DNA of 64,000 bases. Source: the human T2T-CHM13v2.0 reference genome, Homo sapiens. The first letter of the stretch is position 1. Every line of letters starts with the position of its first letter. Positions 1 through 21,657 of this stretch are shown one piece after another. The notes below the pieces were generated by a model that was not told where the DNA came from, made no database searches, and worked only from the letters and a program-made list of their open reading frames with translations. The translations under genes were made by a program, and so were the position numbers. The DNA lies in NCBI RefSeq assembly GCF_009914755.1, contig NC_060940.1. The stretch is one strand, 5' to 3'.

Positions 1-2662
<2,662 letters not shown>

Positions 2663-2775
2663 AGGGAGGAGTCTTGAGATTATCATCCACGGAGGGTGGA
2701 AGAGGAGAGGGTGGAAGGGGAATAAGAAGACACTCCAGTGAAGCACTTGCCTTGCGTGCAAAAATGTAAGGGGGC

Positions 2776-4985
2776 CTCTCCCTCTCCCTCTCCCTCTCCG
2801 TCTCCCTCTCCCTCTCCCTCTCCGTCTCCCTCTCCCTCTCCCTCTCCGTCTCCCTCTCCCTCTCCCTCTCCCTCTCCCTCTCACTCTCCCTCTCACTCTC
2901 CCCACGGTCTCCCTCTCATGCGGAGCCGAAGCTGGACTGTACTGCTGCCATCTCGGCTCACTGCAACCTCCGTGCCTGATTCTCCTGCCTCAGCCTGCCG
3001 AGTGCCTGCGATTGCAGGCACGCGCCGCCACACCTGACTGGTCTTGGTGGAGACGGGGTTTCGCTGTGTTGGCCGGGCCGGTCTCCAGCCCCTAACCGCG
3101 AGTGATCCGCCAGCCTTGGCCTCCCGAGGTGCCAGGATTGCAGACGGAGTCTCGTTCACTCAGTGCTCAATGGTGCCCAGACTGGAGTGCAGTGGCGTGA
3201 TCGCGGCTCGCTACAACCTACACCTCCCAGCCGCCTGCCTTGGCCTCCCACGGTGCCGAGATTGCAGCCTCTGCCCGGCCGCCACCCCGTCTGGGAAGTG
3301 AGGAGCGTCTCTGCCTGGCCGCCCATCGTCTGGGATGTGAGGAGCCTCTCTGCCTGGCTGCCCAGTCTGGAAAGTGAGGAGCGTCTGCGCCCGGCCGCCA
3401 TCCCATCTAGGAAGTGAGGAGCGCCTCTTCCCAGCCGCCATCACATCTAGGAAGTGAGGAGCGTCTCTGCCCGGCTGCCCATCGTCTGAGATGTGGGGAG
3501 CGCCTCTGCCCCGCCGCCCCATCTGGGATGTGAGGAGTGCCTCTGCCCGGCCGAGACCCCGTCTGGGAGGTGAGGAGCGTCTCTGCCCAGCCGCCCCGTC
3601 TGAGAAGTGAGGAGACCCTCTGCCTGGCAACCACCCCGTCTGAGAAGTGAGGAGGCCCTCCGCCCGGCAGCTGCCCCGTCTGAGAAGTGAGGAGCCTCTC
3701 CGCCCGGCAGCCACCCCATCTGGGAAGTGAGGAGCGTCTCTGCCCGGCAGCCACCCCGTCCGGGAGGGAGGTGGGGGTGGTCAGCCCCTGCCTGGCCAGC
3801 TGCCCCATCCGGGAGGGAGGTCGGGGGTCAGCCCCCTGCCCGGCCAGCCGCCCCGTCCGGGAGGTGAGGGGCACCTCTGCCCGGCCACCCCTACTGGGAA
3901 GTGAGGAGCCCCTCAGCCTGGCCAGCCGCCCCGTCCGGGAGGGAGGTGGGGGGGTCAGCCCTCCACCCGGCCAGCTGCCCCGTCTGGGAGGTGAGGGGCG
4001 CCTCTGCCCGGCTGCCCCTACTGGGAAGTGAGGAGCCCCTCTGCCCGGCCAGCCGCCCCGTCCGGGAGGGAGGTGGGGGGGTCAGCCCTCCGCCCGGCCA
4101 GCTGCCCCGTCTGGGAGGTGAGGGGCGCCTCTGCCCGGCTGCCCCTACTGGGAAGTGAGGAGCCCCTTTGCCCGGCCAGCTGCCCAGTCTGGGAGGGAGG
4201 TGAGGGGGTCAGCCCCCTGCCCGGCCAGCTGCCCCGTCTGGGAGGTGAGGGGTGCCTCTGCCCGGCCGCCCCTATTGGGAAGTGAGGAGCCCCTCTGCCC
4301 GGCCAGCCGCCCCGTCCAGGAGGGAGGTGGGGGGGGTCAGCCCCCCCCCGCCCGGCCAGCCGCCCCGTCCGGGAGGTGAGGGGTGCCTCTGCCCGGCCGC
4401 CCCTACTGGGAAGTGAGGAGCCCCTCTGCCTGGCCACCACCCCGTCTGGGAGGTGTGCCCAACAGCTCATTGAGAACGGGCCAGGATGACAATGGCGGCT
4501 TTGTGGAATAGAAAGGCGGGAAAGGTGGGGAAAAGATTGAGAAATCGGATGGTTGCCGTGTCTGTGTAGAAAGAAGTAGACATGGGAGACTTTTCATTTT
4601 GTTCTGCACTAAGAAAAATTCTTCTGCCTTGGGATCCTGTTGATCTGTGACCTTACCCCCAACCCTGTGCTCTCTGAAACATGTGCTGTGTCCACTCAGG
4701 GTTAAATGGATTAAGGGCGGTGCAAGATGTGCTTTGTTAAACAGATGCTTGAAGGCAGCATGCTCGTTAAGAGTCATCACCAATCCCTAATCTCAAGTAA
4801 TCAGGGACACAAACACTGCGGAAGGCCGCAGGGTCCTCTGCCTAGGAAAACCAGAGACCTTTGTTCACTTGTTTATCTGCTGACCTTCCCTCCACTATTG
4901 TCCCATGACCCTGCCAAATCCCCCTCTGTGAGAAACACCCAAGAATTATCAATAAAAAAAAAATTAAAAAAAAAAAAAAAAAAAA
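2776..4985 (+). mobile_element. Full-length SVA retrotransposon, SVA_F-like
   Basis: (CCCTCT)n 2776-2901, antisense Alu-like domain, GC-rich VNTR ~3270-4450, SINE-R ~4450-4950, AATAAA and poly(A). The shortened Alu-like linker (ctgactggtcttggtggag) and SINE-R variants (caccaatccc, aagtaatcaggg) match my recollection of SVA_F. No TSD. Confidence 0.93.
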
Positions 4986-5041
4986 CAGGCTACCTACAAT
5001 TTGTGTTGAAGATATGAATGAATGAAGTTTCCACACCCTTA

Positions 5042-5385
5042 TGTGGAGTTCTGATAAGTAAGCAACAATAAGGAAGGGTCCCCAGGTTGGGGAGACCCCA
5101 AGTTGAGAACAATAATGAACAATTATTGTATGAACAATTGTTAGAGACAGCTAATCACAAACAACCTGCGGGCACAATGACCCCATTCCACACGTAGCAC
5201 CCTTCAGCAGGACCCTATAAAACTCTCCTCCAGCCCTTGCCTCTTTGCAGGTAGCCCCTTCTGTGCTGAGCTGCCCATTGCAACATATTTTCATAATTTC
5301 TCTAATAAATCTGCCCTTCTTTACCTACAACTATCTTGGTAAATGGCTTTACCACCTGCAAAACTGACCCTAGGTTGTTGCTACC
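5042..5385 (+). mobile_element. ERVL-class LTR (subfamily uncertain), interrupted by a THE1 LTR
   Basis: Starts TGTGGAGTT..., contains TATAAAA and AATAAA in LTR order. Confidence 0.6.
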
Positions 5386-5749
5386 CGATATGGTTTGGCT
5401 GCATCCCCACCCAAATTTCATCTTGAATTGTAGTTCCCATAATCCCCATGTGTCATGGGAGGGACCCGGTAGGAGGTAATCGAATCATGGGGGCAGGTTT
5501 TTCCCATACTGTTCTCGTGATAGTGAATACATCTCACTAAATCTGATGGTTTTATAAAGGGCAGTTTCCCTGCACGTGCTCTCTTGCCTGCTGCCATGTA
5601 AGACATACCTTTGCTCCTTCTTTGCCTTCCACCATGATTCTGAGGCCTCCCCAGCCTTGTGGAACTGTGAGTACATTAAACCTCTTTTTCTTTATAAATT
5701 GCCCAGTTTCGAGTATTTCTTCATAGCAGTATGAAAAGTAACTAATACA
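5386..5749 (+). mobile_element. THE1 (MaLR) solo LTR
   Basis: gatatggtttggct...actaataca consensus ends; 5-bp TSD ctacc at 5381-5385 and 5750-5754. Confidence 0.9.
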
Positions 5750-6156
5750 CTACCTGAGACACCTTAGGAGATTTGTAATAGCTGTAATGCCAGGTCCACC
5801 ATATTTTTAGCATAAAGCAAATGTTTACCCATGATATGACTGCACAGGCTTTCTTTCAGCTGGAGCCATAGCAACTCAAGTAGTAACCCTATCTTAGTCT
5901 GATTAAAAGTAAATATTAGTCTGGGCATGGTGGGACATGCCTGTAATCCCAGTACTTTGGGAGGCTGAGACAGAAGGATTGCTTGAGCCCAGGAGTTTGA
6001 GACCAGCCTGGGCAACATGGAAAAACACCGTCTCTACAAAAAATACAAAAATTAGCTGAGTGTAGTGGCACACACCTGTAGTCCCAGCACCTTGGGAGGG
6101 TGAGGCAGGAGGATCTCTTGAACCCAGGAGGTGGAGGCCGCAGTGAGCAGTGATCA

Positions 6157-7017
<861 letters not shown>

Positions 7018-7597
7018 ATCATGCCACTGCACTCCAGCCTGGGCAACAGAGCAAGACCCTGTCTCTCAAAAAAAAAAAAAAAAAAAAGTAACGTGACTTA
7101 ATACATTCATTTTGGAGGGTAAGTCTCTCAAAATAGGCCTTTCACTGGGGGAAAATGGTAAAAATACTCCCTGGTAATTCAAGAATTGGAGACTCCTGAG
7201 ATGCTGCTCATATTAGCTGAACACTTATCAATACTTCACTTTCTTCCATATATACTCAAGGAACAAGTGCTATTTAAAGTGTTTCACTCTGCTGTGCTAG
7301 GTGCAAGACTATAAAGAGGTGTGAGGATCAACACTTTTATGAAAACCAATGTCATTCTGAATATAGTTTCAGATGCTAGTGCAAAGGAAGCTCTTGGTAT
7401 ACGGAAAAAGTATTCAACAATAAATTAGGCATGGTTGCTTCCATTTTCTGCCTCACATACCTTTTTTTCATGGTTAAAGTGATATAAAGTCTATGATATT
7501 TTAGATTGGCAGTTGCAAACTAGTGGTCCTCAGCGTGCTTTTTATGACACCTACAAGGTTTGAAGACTCTGATTTCATATTAAAAATCTGGGTTTCA

Positions 7598-8133
<536 letters not shown>

Positions 8134-8180
8134 TCAGGGCACATGGCTGCTACAGTCCTCTATTAAGCAATGTGCCACAG

Positions 8181-8570
8181 CAGGGGTCCCTGACCCCTGG
8201 GCCATGGACATGTACTGGTCTGTGGCCTGTTAGGAACTGGGCCACAGAGCAGGAGGTGAATGGTGGGTAACAATTGAAGCTTCGTCTGTATTTCTGGCTG
8301 CTCCTCATTGCTTGCATTGCTGCCTGAGCTCTGCCTCCTGTCAGATCAGCAGCATCATTAGATTCTTACAGGAGCATGAACCCTGTTGTGAATTGCACAC
8401 ACGAGGGATCCAGGTTGCATATTCCTTATGAGAATCTAATTCCTGATGATTTGTGGTGGAACAGTTTCATCCCAAGACCATTACCATCCTGCGCCCCATC
8501 CCTTGCCGCCTGTGGAAAAATTGTCTTCCACAAAGCCGGTCCCTGGTGCCAAAAATGTTGGGGACTGCTG
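8181..8570 (+). mobile_element. MER1-type hAT-Charlie DNA transposon fossil
   Basis: caggggtccc...gttggggactgctg termini and internal tgtggcctgttaggaactgggccac motif. Confidence 0.8.
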
Positions 8571-9212
8571 TGCTTTAGAATCTGCCATGAATCTGCAGCC
8601 TCTATTATATAGTTCCCTATAGACTTTGCTTCCTACCGTCTTACGTTCTGCCTTATAGGCATCTCAGTTTGCAACCCTTGTTTTTGTCAGTATGCTACGC
8701 TGGTGACATTGACCAAATTGACCACACATTAATGATAAGCTTAGTTGGTGATGACCTCAACGGAATAACGTGACATAAGTATTATGACAATACTTCTTGC
8801 ATGTATCTACAGGTGGAATTGTAAACCTGGTGGTCCGAGATGGTCTAATTCGATCTTCCTATGTATCTCCTTATATTAATAGTGGTAACATTTGTGGTGG
8901 TGATTCAGCGTTTCAATGCCTCTTCTCACGGCAACAACAAACGTTTTCCTTCTGAATCAACATTAACCTAGATGTTACTGCAGATCAAAATTAGTATCTA
9001 CATTTTCAACCACAGAAATATTGGGCAGTAAAAATTTTTCTTAATATTGATTGCCTACATAGGTTGTGTAATTAGCATATGTTTATAGTTCTATGATTTG
9101 TGCCTGGCTGCTACAGAGCTGGAGGGGGTAAAGCAACAGTGTTTTCTCAGTTGTGTGAGCAGCATTACATTATAATAAATAGGTAATATTAAACTGGGCT
9201 GATGAGAGTTGC

Positions 9213-10740
9213 AAAAGACTACTTTAATGTTCATATGGAACCAAAAAAGAGCCCGCATTGCCAAGACAATCCTAAACCCAATGAACAAAGCTGGAGGCCT
9301 CATGCTACCTGACTTCAAACTATACTACAAGGCTACAGTAACCAAAACAGCATGGTACTGGTACCAAAACAGACATATAGACCAATGGAACAGAACAGAG
9401 CCCTCAGAAATAATACCACACATCTACAACCATCTGATCTTTGACAAACCTGACAAAAACTAGAAATGTGGAAAGGATTCCCGATTTAATAAATAGTGCT
9501 TGGAAAACTGGCTAGCCCTATGTAGAAAGCTGAAACTGGATCCCTTCCTTACACCTTATACAAAAATTAATTCAAGATGGATTAAAGACTTAAATGTTAG
9601 ACCTAAAGCCGTAAAAACCCTAGAAGAAAACCTAGGCAATACCATTCAGGACATAGGGATGGGCAAGGACTTCATGTCTAAAACACCAAAAGCAATGGCA
9701 ACAGAAGCCAAAACTGACAAATGGGATCTAATTAAACTAAAGAGCTTCTGCACAGCAAAAGAAACTAGGATCAGTGTGAACAGGCAACCTAGAGAATGGG
9801 AGAAAATTTTTGCCATCTACTTATCTGACAAAAGGCTAATATCCAGAATCTACAAAGAACACCAACAAATTTACAAGAAAAAAACAAACCCCATCAAAAA
9901 GTGGGCAAAGGATATGAACAGACACTTCTCAAAAGAAGACATTTATGCAGCCAACAGACACATGAAAAAATGCTCATCATCACTGGCCATCAGAGAAATG
10001 CAAATCAAAACCACAATGAGATATCATCTCACACCAGTTAGAATGGCGATCATTAAAAAGTCAGGAAACAACAGGTGCTGGAGAGGATGTGGAGAAATAG
10101 GAACACTTTTACACTGTTGGTGGGACTGTAAACTGGTTCAACCATTGTGGAAGACAGTGTGGCGATTCCTCAGGGATCCAGAACTAGAAATACCATTTGA
10201 CCCAGCCATCCCATTACTGGATATATACCCAAAGGATTATAAATCATGCTGCCATAAAGACACATGCACACATATGTTTATCGCGGCACTATTCACGATA
10301 GCAAAGACTTGGAACCAACACAAATGTCCATCAATGATAGACTGGATTAAGAAAATGTGGCACATATATACTATGCAGCCATAAAAAAGGATGAGTTCAT
10401 GTCCTTTGTAGAGACATGGATGAAGCTGGAAACGATCACTCTCAGCAAACTATCACAAGGACAAAAAACCAAACACCGCATGTTCTCACTCACAGATGGG
10501 AATTGAACAATGAGAACACTTGGACACAGGAAGGGGAACATCACACACTGGGGCCTCTTTTGTGGTGGGGGAGGGGGAAGGGATAGCAGTAGGAGATACA
10601 CCTAATGTAAATGACGAGTTAATGGGTGCAGCACACCAACATGGCACATGTGTACATATGTAACAAACCTGCACATTGTGCACATGCACCCTATAACTTA
10701 AAGTATAATTTAAAAAAATAAGTAAATAAATAAAAAAAGA
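9213..10740 (+). mobile_element. 5'-truncated L1PA LINE-1 (ORF2 C-terminus, 3'UTR, poly(A))
   Basis: ORFs 9209-9463 and 9500-10384 are L1 ORF2p ([18 protein letters not shown] Cys-rich motif) broken by stops; G-rich 3'UTR and A tail. Confidence 0.95.
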
Positions 10741-10764
10741 AACAATTGCTGGCTTTGCAATTCT

Positions 10765-11325
10765 CTTTCCTCCAAAATCACCAAGGCCTCAATTTACTCA
10801 TTGCTGAAAAAGGACGACTGTATATTTTTAAATGAAGAGTGTTGTTTTTACCTAAATCAATCTGGCCTGGTATATGACAACATAAAAAAACTCAAGGATA
10901 GAGTCCAAAAACTTGCCAACCAAGCAAATAATTATGCTGAACCCCCTTGGGCACTCTCTTAATTGGATGTCCTGGGTCCTCCCACTTCTTAGTCCTTTAA
11001 TACCTGTTTTTCTCCTTCTCTTATTCAGACCGTGTGTCTTCTGTTTAGTTTCTCAATTCATACAAAACCATATCCAGGCCATCACCAATAATTCTATATG
11101 ACAAATGCTCCTTCTAACAACCCCACAGTATCAGCCCTTACCCCAAAATCTTTCTTCAGTTGAATCTCTCCCACTGTAGGTTCCCATGCCGCCCCTAATC
11201 CCGCTCGAAGCAGCCCTGAGAAACATCGCCCATTATCTCTCCATATCACCCCCAAAAATTTTCGCCACCCCAACACTTTACCACTATTTTGTTTTATTTT
11301 TCTTATTAACATAAGAAGACAGGAA
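10765..11325 (+). mobile_element. HERV-H internal remnant (degenerate env TM region and polypurine tract)
   Basis: Degenerate immunosuppressive-domain/CX6CC region (...FLNEECCFYLNQSGLVYDNIKKLKDR...); PPT aagaagacaggaa directly before the LTR. Confidence 0.85.
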
Positions 11326-11793
11326 TGTCAGGCCTCTGAGTCCAAGCTAAGCCATTAAGCCATCATATCCCAGTGACCTGCATGTATACATCCAGAAGGC
11401 CTGAAGCAACTGAAGATCCACAGAAGTGAAAACAGCCTCAACTGAAGACATTCCACCATTGTGATTTGTTTCTGCCCCACCCTAACTGATCAATGTACTT
11501 TGTAATCTGCCACACTCTTAAGAAGGTTCTTTATAATCTCCCCCACCCTTAAGAAGTTTCTTTGTAATTCTCCTCACCCTTGAGAATGTACTTTATGAGA
11601 TCCACCTCCTGCCCCCAAAACATTGCTCTTAACTCCACCGCCTATCCCAAAACCTATAAGAACCAATGATAATCACACCACCCTTTGCTGACTCCTTTTT
11701 CAGACTCAGCCCACCTGCACCCAGGTGAAATAAACAGCCATGTTGCTCACACAAAACATGTTTGGTGGTCTCTTCACACAGACACGTGAGACA
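11326..11793 (+). mobile_element. HERV-H 3' LTR (LTR7 family)
   Basis: tgtcaggcctctgag... start, TATA (cctataag), AATAAA, ends gacacgtgagaca. Confidence 0.9.
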
Positions 11794-11961
11794 GGAGTTC
11801 GAGACCAGCCTAGCCAATCTGGTGAAACTCTGTCTCTACTAAAAATACAAAAATTAGCCGGGCATGGTGGCGGGCACCTGTAATCCCAGCTACTCGGGAA
11901 GCGGAGGCACAAAAATTGCTTGAACCCAGGAGGCAGAGTTTGCAGTGAGCCAAGATCACAC

Positions 11962-12418
11962 TGTCTGGCATCTGAGCCCAAGCCAAGCCATTGCATCCCC
12001 TGTGACTTGCACGTATACATCCAGATGGCCTGAAGTAACTGAAGATCCACACAAGAAGTAAAAATAGCCTTAACTGATGACATTCCACCATTGTGATTTG
12101 TTTCTGCCCCACCCTAACTGTTCAATATACTTTGTAATCTCCCCCACCCTTAAGAAGGTACTTTGTAATCTCCCCAACCCTTAAGAAGGTCCTTTGTAAT
12201 TCTCCCCACCCTTCAGAATGTACTTTGTGAGATCTACCCCTGCCCACAAAACATGGCTCTTCACCCCCTATCCCAAAACCTGTAAGAACTAATGATAATC
12301 CACCACCCTTTGCTGACTCTCTTTTCGGACTCAGCCCGCCTGCACCCAGGTGAAATGAACAGCCATGTTGCTCACACAAAGCCTGTTTGGTGGTCTCTTC
12401 ACACGGACGTGCATGAAA
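11962..12418 (+). mobile_element. Solo LTR7 (HERV-H) inserted in an Alu
   Basis: LTR7 consensus ending gcatgaaa; 5-bp TSD cacac (11957-11961, 12419-12423); host Alu 11794-11961 and 12424-12478. Confidence 0.9.
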
Positions 12419-13093
12419 CACACGACTGCACTTCAGGCTGGGCGACAGAGCTAGATTCCATCTCAAAAAAAATAAAAAGGAGTCACCTCCCCTGAGAGGC
12501 CTCTGGACCAACCCATCTGAGCAGGCCACTCTTCCTTCTCTATCTTACCATCTTGTTTCTGTCCCAGTAGTTAGGGCTACCTCCAGTAATCCTATTTGTC
12601 CCTTTACTGTTTAGTGCGTCTCACTTGACTAGAAGCTCCATGAAAGCAGAGATCCTACCTACCTCCTTCACCACTAGACCCCCAGGGCCTGGTATGTGGT
12701 GATCGCTCAGGGCCCATTTTCTTCCTTTCCTCCTCCTCCAAGGGTGGGGAAAGAGCATCAGAAGGTCTAGGTGGCCCCAGGCCCAAACAATCCTCCTTTA
12801 AAAGGAAACCAGATTGTTACAAAGGTCAGAGGCTGAAAAGTTATTTCCGCCTTTTATCCCTCTAAATTCTTCACTTCCTGAAAAAACAAACAAAAAAAAG
12901 CCACTGAGGGCCCTTGGACTAAATCCAGGCCTGAGTTGCTGGGCAGAGGTCAGTCTTGTCCAGACATGGGAAAAAAATAACTCGAGTCAGACAGGTGGGT
13001 CACCAGAGAACGAATCCAGCCTGCAAATGGTGTGTGCAATCTTCAGCTCTGTCCAGACCTGCCTCCCTCTGGGGATGCCTTTAAAGGTGATGA

Positions 13094-17580
<4,487 letters not shown>

Positions 17581-18149
17581 AAATGACTGGAAAGGAGATG
17601 AGGGTACTTGTGAAGCCATATTATATGACACGCTCTGTGCTAGGACTTTTATATACCTTGTCTCATCTCTTCATCTCATATAATCCTTACAAGTATCTCA
17701 AAAGTGGGGAAATCCCCATATAACTGAAGAGGAAGGCAGTTCAGAAGTTCACTGATTTGCCCTAAGGTTCCTCAATTTGTAAACATCAGGCCAATGATCC
17801 AACCCCAGGTATGTTTGGCAGTGAAGGACCAGTTGAGTCATAGCTGCAAGTAACAACCCTGCAGTGGTCCCTATCTTGGCCGTTAGCTTACATTGACATT
17901 TAACACTCAAATTTACTCAGTAACACCAGCTATCATGTTTTCCACTAAAACTCCACAGCATTCTGGCAACTTTTCTATTTTAGAGCAATAAAGTAAATTG
18001 TTAGCATCCCTTTGACATATAAATATTTCTACAAATAGTAATTCTCTAGCCATTCATTTGGAGTATTTAAAACTCAACATTCATAGCACATTTTATGTGA
18101 CAAAGAACTTATGTTCAGAACACAAAAATAAGTCTTATGTCTTCATTAA

Positions 18150-18820
18150 AAATGGGTGAAGAATTTGAACAAACATTTGCAAACTAAAATACAAATGAAA
18201 TACACTCAACATCATTAATCATCAAGAAAATAAAATTATGAGATAATCCTAATAATCACTACATATGCACCACAGTGATTAAAATTTTTTTAAGTTAAGC
18301 CACGTGACCCAATAAGGTGCATTCACTCAAGAGAAACGCAAATATATGTCCACTCAAAGACTTGCACATGAATGTTGAGAGCAGGTTTATACTGAATAGT
18401 GCAATGTGAAAAAACCCCAAAATCTAGCAAAGAATGAAGGGAGAAATAAACTGTGGTATATACATACAATAGAACACTACTCAATAATAAAAAGGATTGT
18501 ATTCCTGATACATGCAATATGGGTGAACCTTAAAAATATCATGCTGAGCAAGAGAAGCCAAACACAAGAGAACATGTTGTTATGATTTCACGTACATGAA
18601 ACTTTAGTAAAGACAAGTCTAATCCATAGTGACAGAAAGCAAATGAGTAACTGCTGACAGGGCCAAATGAGGAGATGATCCCAAGGGAACCTTCTGGGGT
18701 AAGACGGTGTTCTGTATCTCAATCGTATTGGTGGTCACACAAGTGAAGACATGTTAGAACTCATCAAACCATACACTTAGAATGTGTAATATAAACCTCA
18801 ATAAAGCAAAATTTAAAAAA
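18150..18820 (+). mobile_element. Old L1M 3'-end fragment
   Basis: Degenerate L1 motifs (aaataaactgtggtatatacatacaatagaacactactca; tcatgctgagcaagagaagcca). Confidence 0.65.
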
Positions 18821-18875
18821 AAAAACACCTTTAATTTTCTCTTACAAAAAAAAAAAGGAAAACCACTTAACTTTA

Positions 18876-19016
<141 letters not shown>

Positions 19017-19730
19017 TCAACGTAAAACAGGCTGTTGATACGTTTGCAGATATATAGCAAGTCTTAAGTCAAAGACTGCAATATAGTTTGGCTACTTCAG
19101 ATTGATTGCAGTAGTTTTATCTATTACACTATACCCTTACATCATTTATCTTCTACTCACAAGAGGCAAGCACACAGTAAGAGAAAGCCTTTTGTTTTGA
19201 AGGGAAATCTTCTTCAGAATATTAAGTCTAATTTATCAATATACTTAATAAAGCACATTACAAAAAAAAAGTCACAGCACATTTACTATAAAGCAGACTG
19301 CAGAAAAACATTACAACTAATGCTTTATAATGAAGTTCTCGAAGATCATCATTCATTCAGAAGCCCCCATCTCTGGTTGAACTTTACCCCATTTAGGATG
19401 AAGAGGAGAGATCTTTGTTTGCAGCAAATCTAAAATTTACGTAATCTGCCTAAAGGAACTGTCTTTACATACACCACCTCCCACTCCAAAAATAGAAGAA
19501 AAAACTGAGCAATTTGCCATCCTTGCGATTATCTCAGGTTCTTCCATCTGCCCCATGTACTTCCCAAATGAAAGACTGCCTGAAAACAGCATGTTAGATT
19601 TCTGGATTTACCAGCTTGCCCAACTACAAATCCTATTTCAAAAAACTCAAAAAATAAGGTCTTTGTTCTACAGTAATGACCATTAATAGTCATAAGAATG
19701 TGCTTGTAAAAATATACAGACCTCTGTTTA

Positions 19731-19895
<165 letters not shown>

Positions 19896-20253
19896 TTACT
19901 GTCAATTAATAAAAATTACAATTCATAACCACTCAAAGAATAAAGCAATTGATAAGATGCTATCAAACTGACATCCAAAGTTAGGGGGCAGTAAGAGGAG
20001 CAGCCTGCTCTATAATAAAATGATATTAGCAAGTCAAGACATTTGCTTTTGGGGATTTTTACATTTTATTTCATTTCAACCTCAGTTTTTGTTGGCAAGC
20101 AGCATTCATATATCATATGACTTCTACAACTAAAATGAAGCTATTAGCACTAGTATTTAGTAATCTAGTAACTCTCCTTCCAGCCCTCTTCACCCCATGT
20201 ATGTTTATCACATGATATACACAATGTACATTTATCTCCGTAAGAGTAACTTA

Positions 20254-20430
<177 letters not shown>

Positions 20431-20754
20431 TTAATGTGCTTTTATTATAAATTTTGATTTATGTTTGGCATTATTAAAAACTAATCACCAATGAACAGCT
20501 CCTTTAATATTTAAGGCAGTTAAACACTATAAGCATTACTGAGAGCTATATAAAAATCATACTTCATACAAAATTACTGTACCTCAGACCCCTAAAAAGC
20601 AGTTGCCTTCAAAGGCTCAAAAATCAGTAAGTCGAGGCCAGGCGTGGTGGCTCACGCCTGTAATCCCAGCACTTTGGGAGGCCAAGGTGGGTGGATCACG
20701 AAGTCAGGAGTTCAAGACCAGCCTGGCCAAGATGATGAAACCCCGTCTCTACTA

Positions 20755-20943
<189 letters not shown>

Positions 20944-21354
20944 CTACTATTTAAGGGAACAAATCTAGACCTGCATTAGCAAATCTTGCTCAATCCAGAA
21001 TACTCATTAAACTTTTTAATAACATTTTATAAAGTGTTCCATTTGTGATAAAGAACTTAATGAGCCACATCAAGATGAAAATCAAGAAAAATATTTAGCT
21101 GAAACACTACTTTGTCCTTTATCAAACAAAATGGCTAGATAAATCTCAAAGCATTAAGGTGGTCATTTTTTTATTTGACTTAATTTTAAGTGCTTTTCAT
21201 TTCCCAAATCAAACTTAAATAGGGCAGCCCTAAATTTGTTGCTTCACATGGGATTCTGCCCCCCAAAAATGTAAAATGACTTCCAGATTTTCCAGTAAAA
21301 TATACTAAGCCAAACATTTTGAGCAACTTGTCCACTAAAATAACTTTAAAACTA

Positions 21355-21657
<303 letters not shown>

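Noticed and set aside
9500-10384. 294-aa ORF
   Set aside because: Fragment of L1 ORF2p in a 5'-truncated element with upstream stops
10765-11101. Possible domesticated env (syncytin-like)
   Set aside because: Short, frameshifted TM remnant without SU or signal peptide
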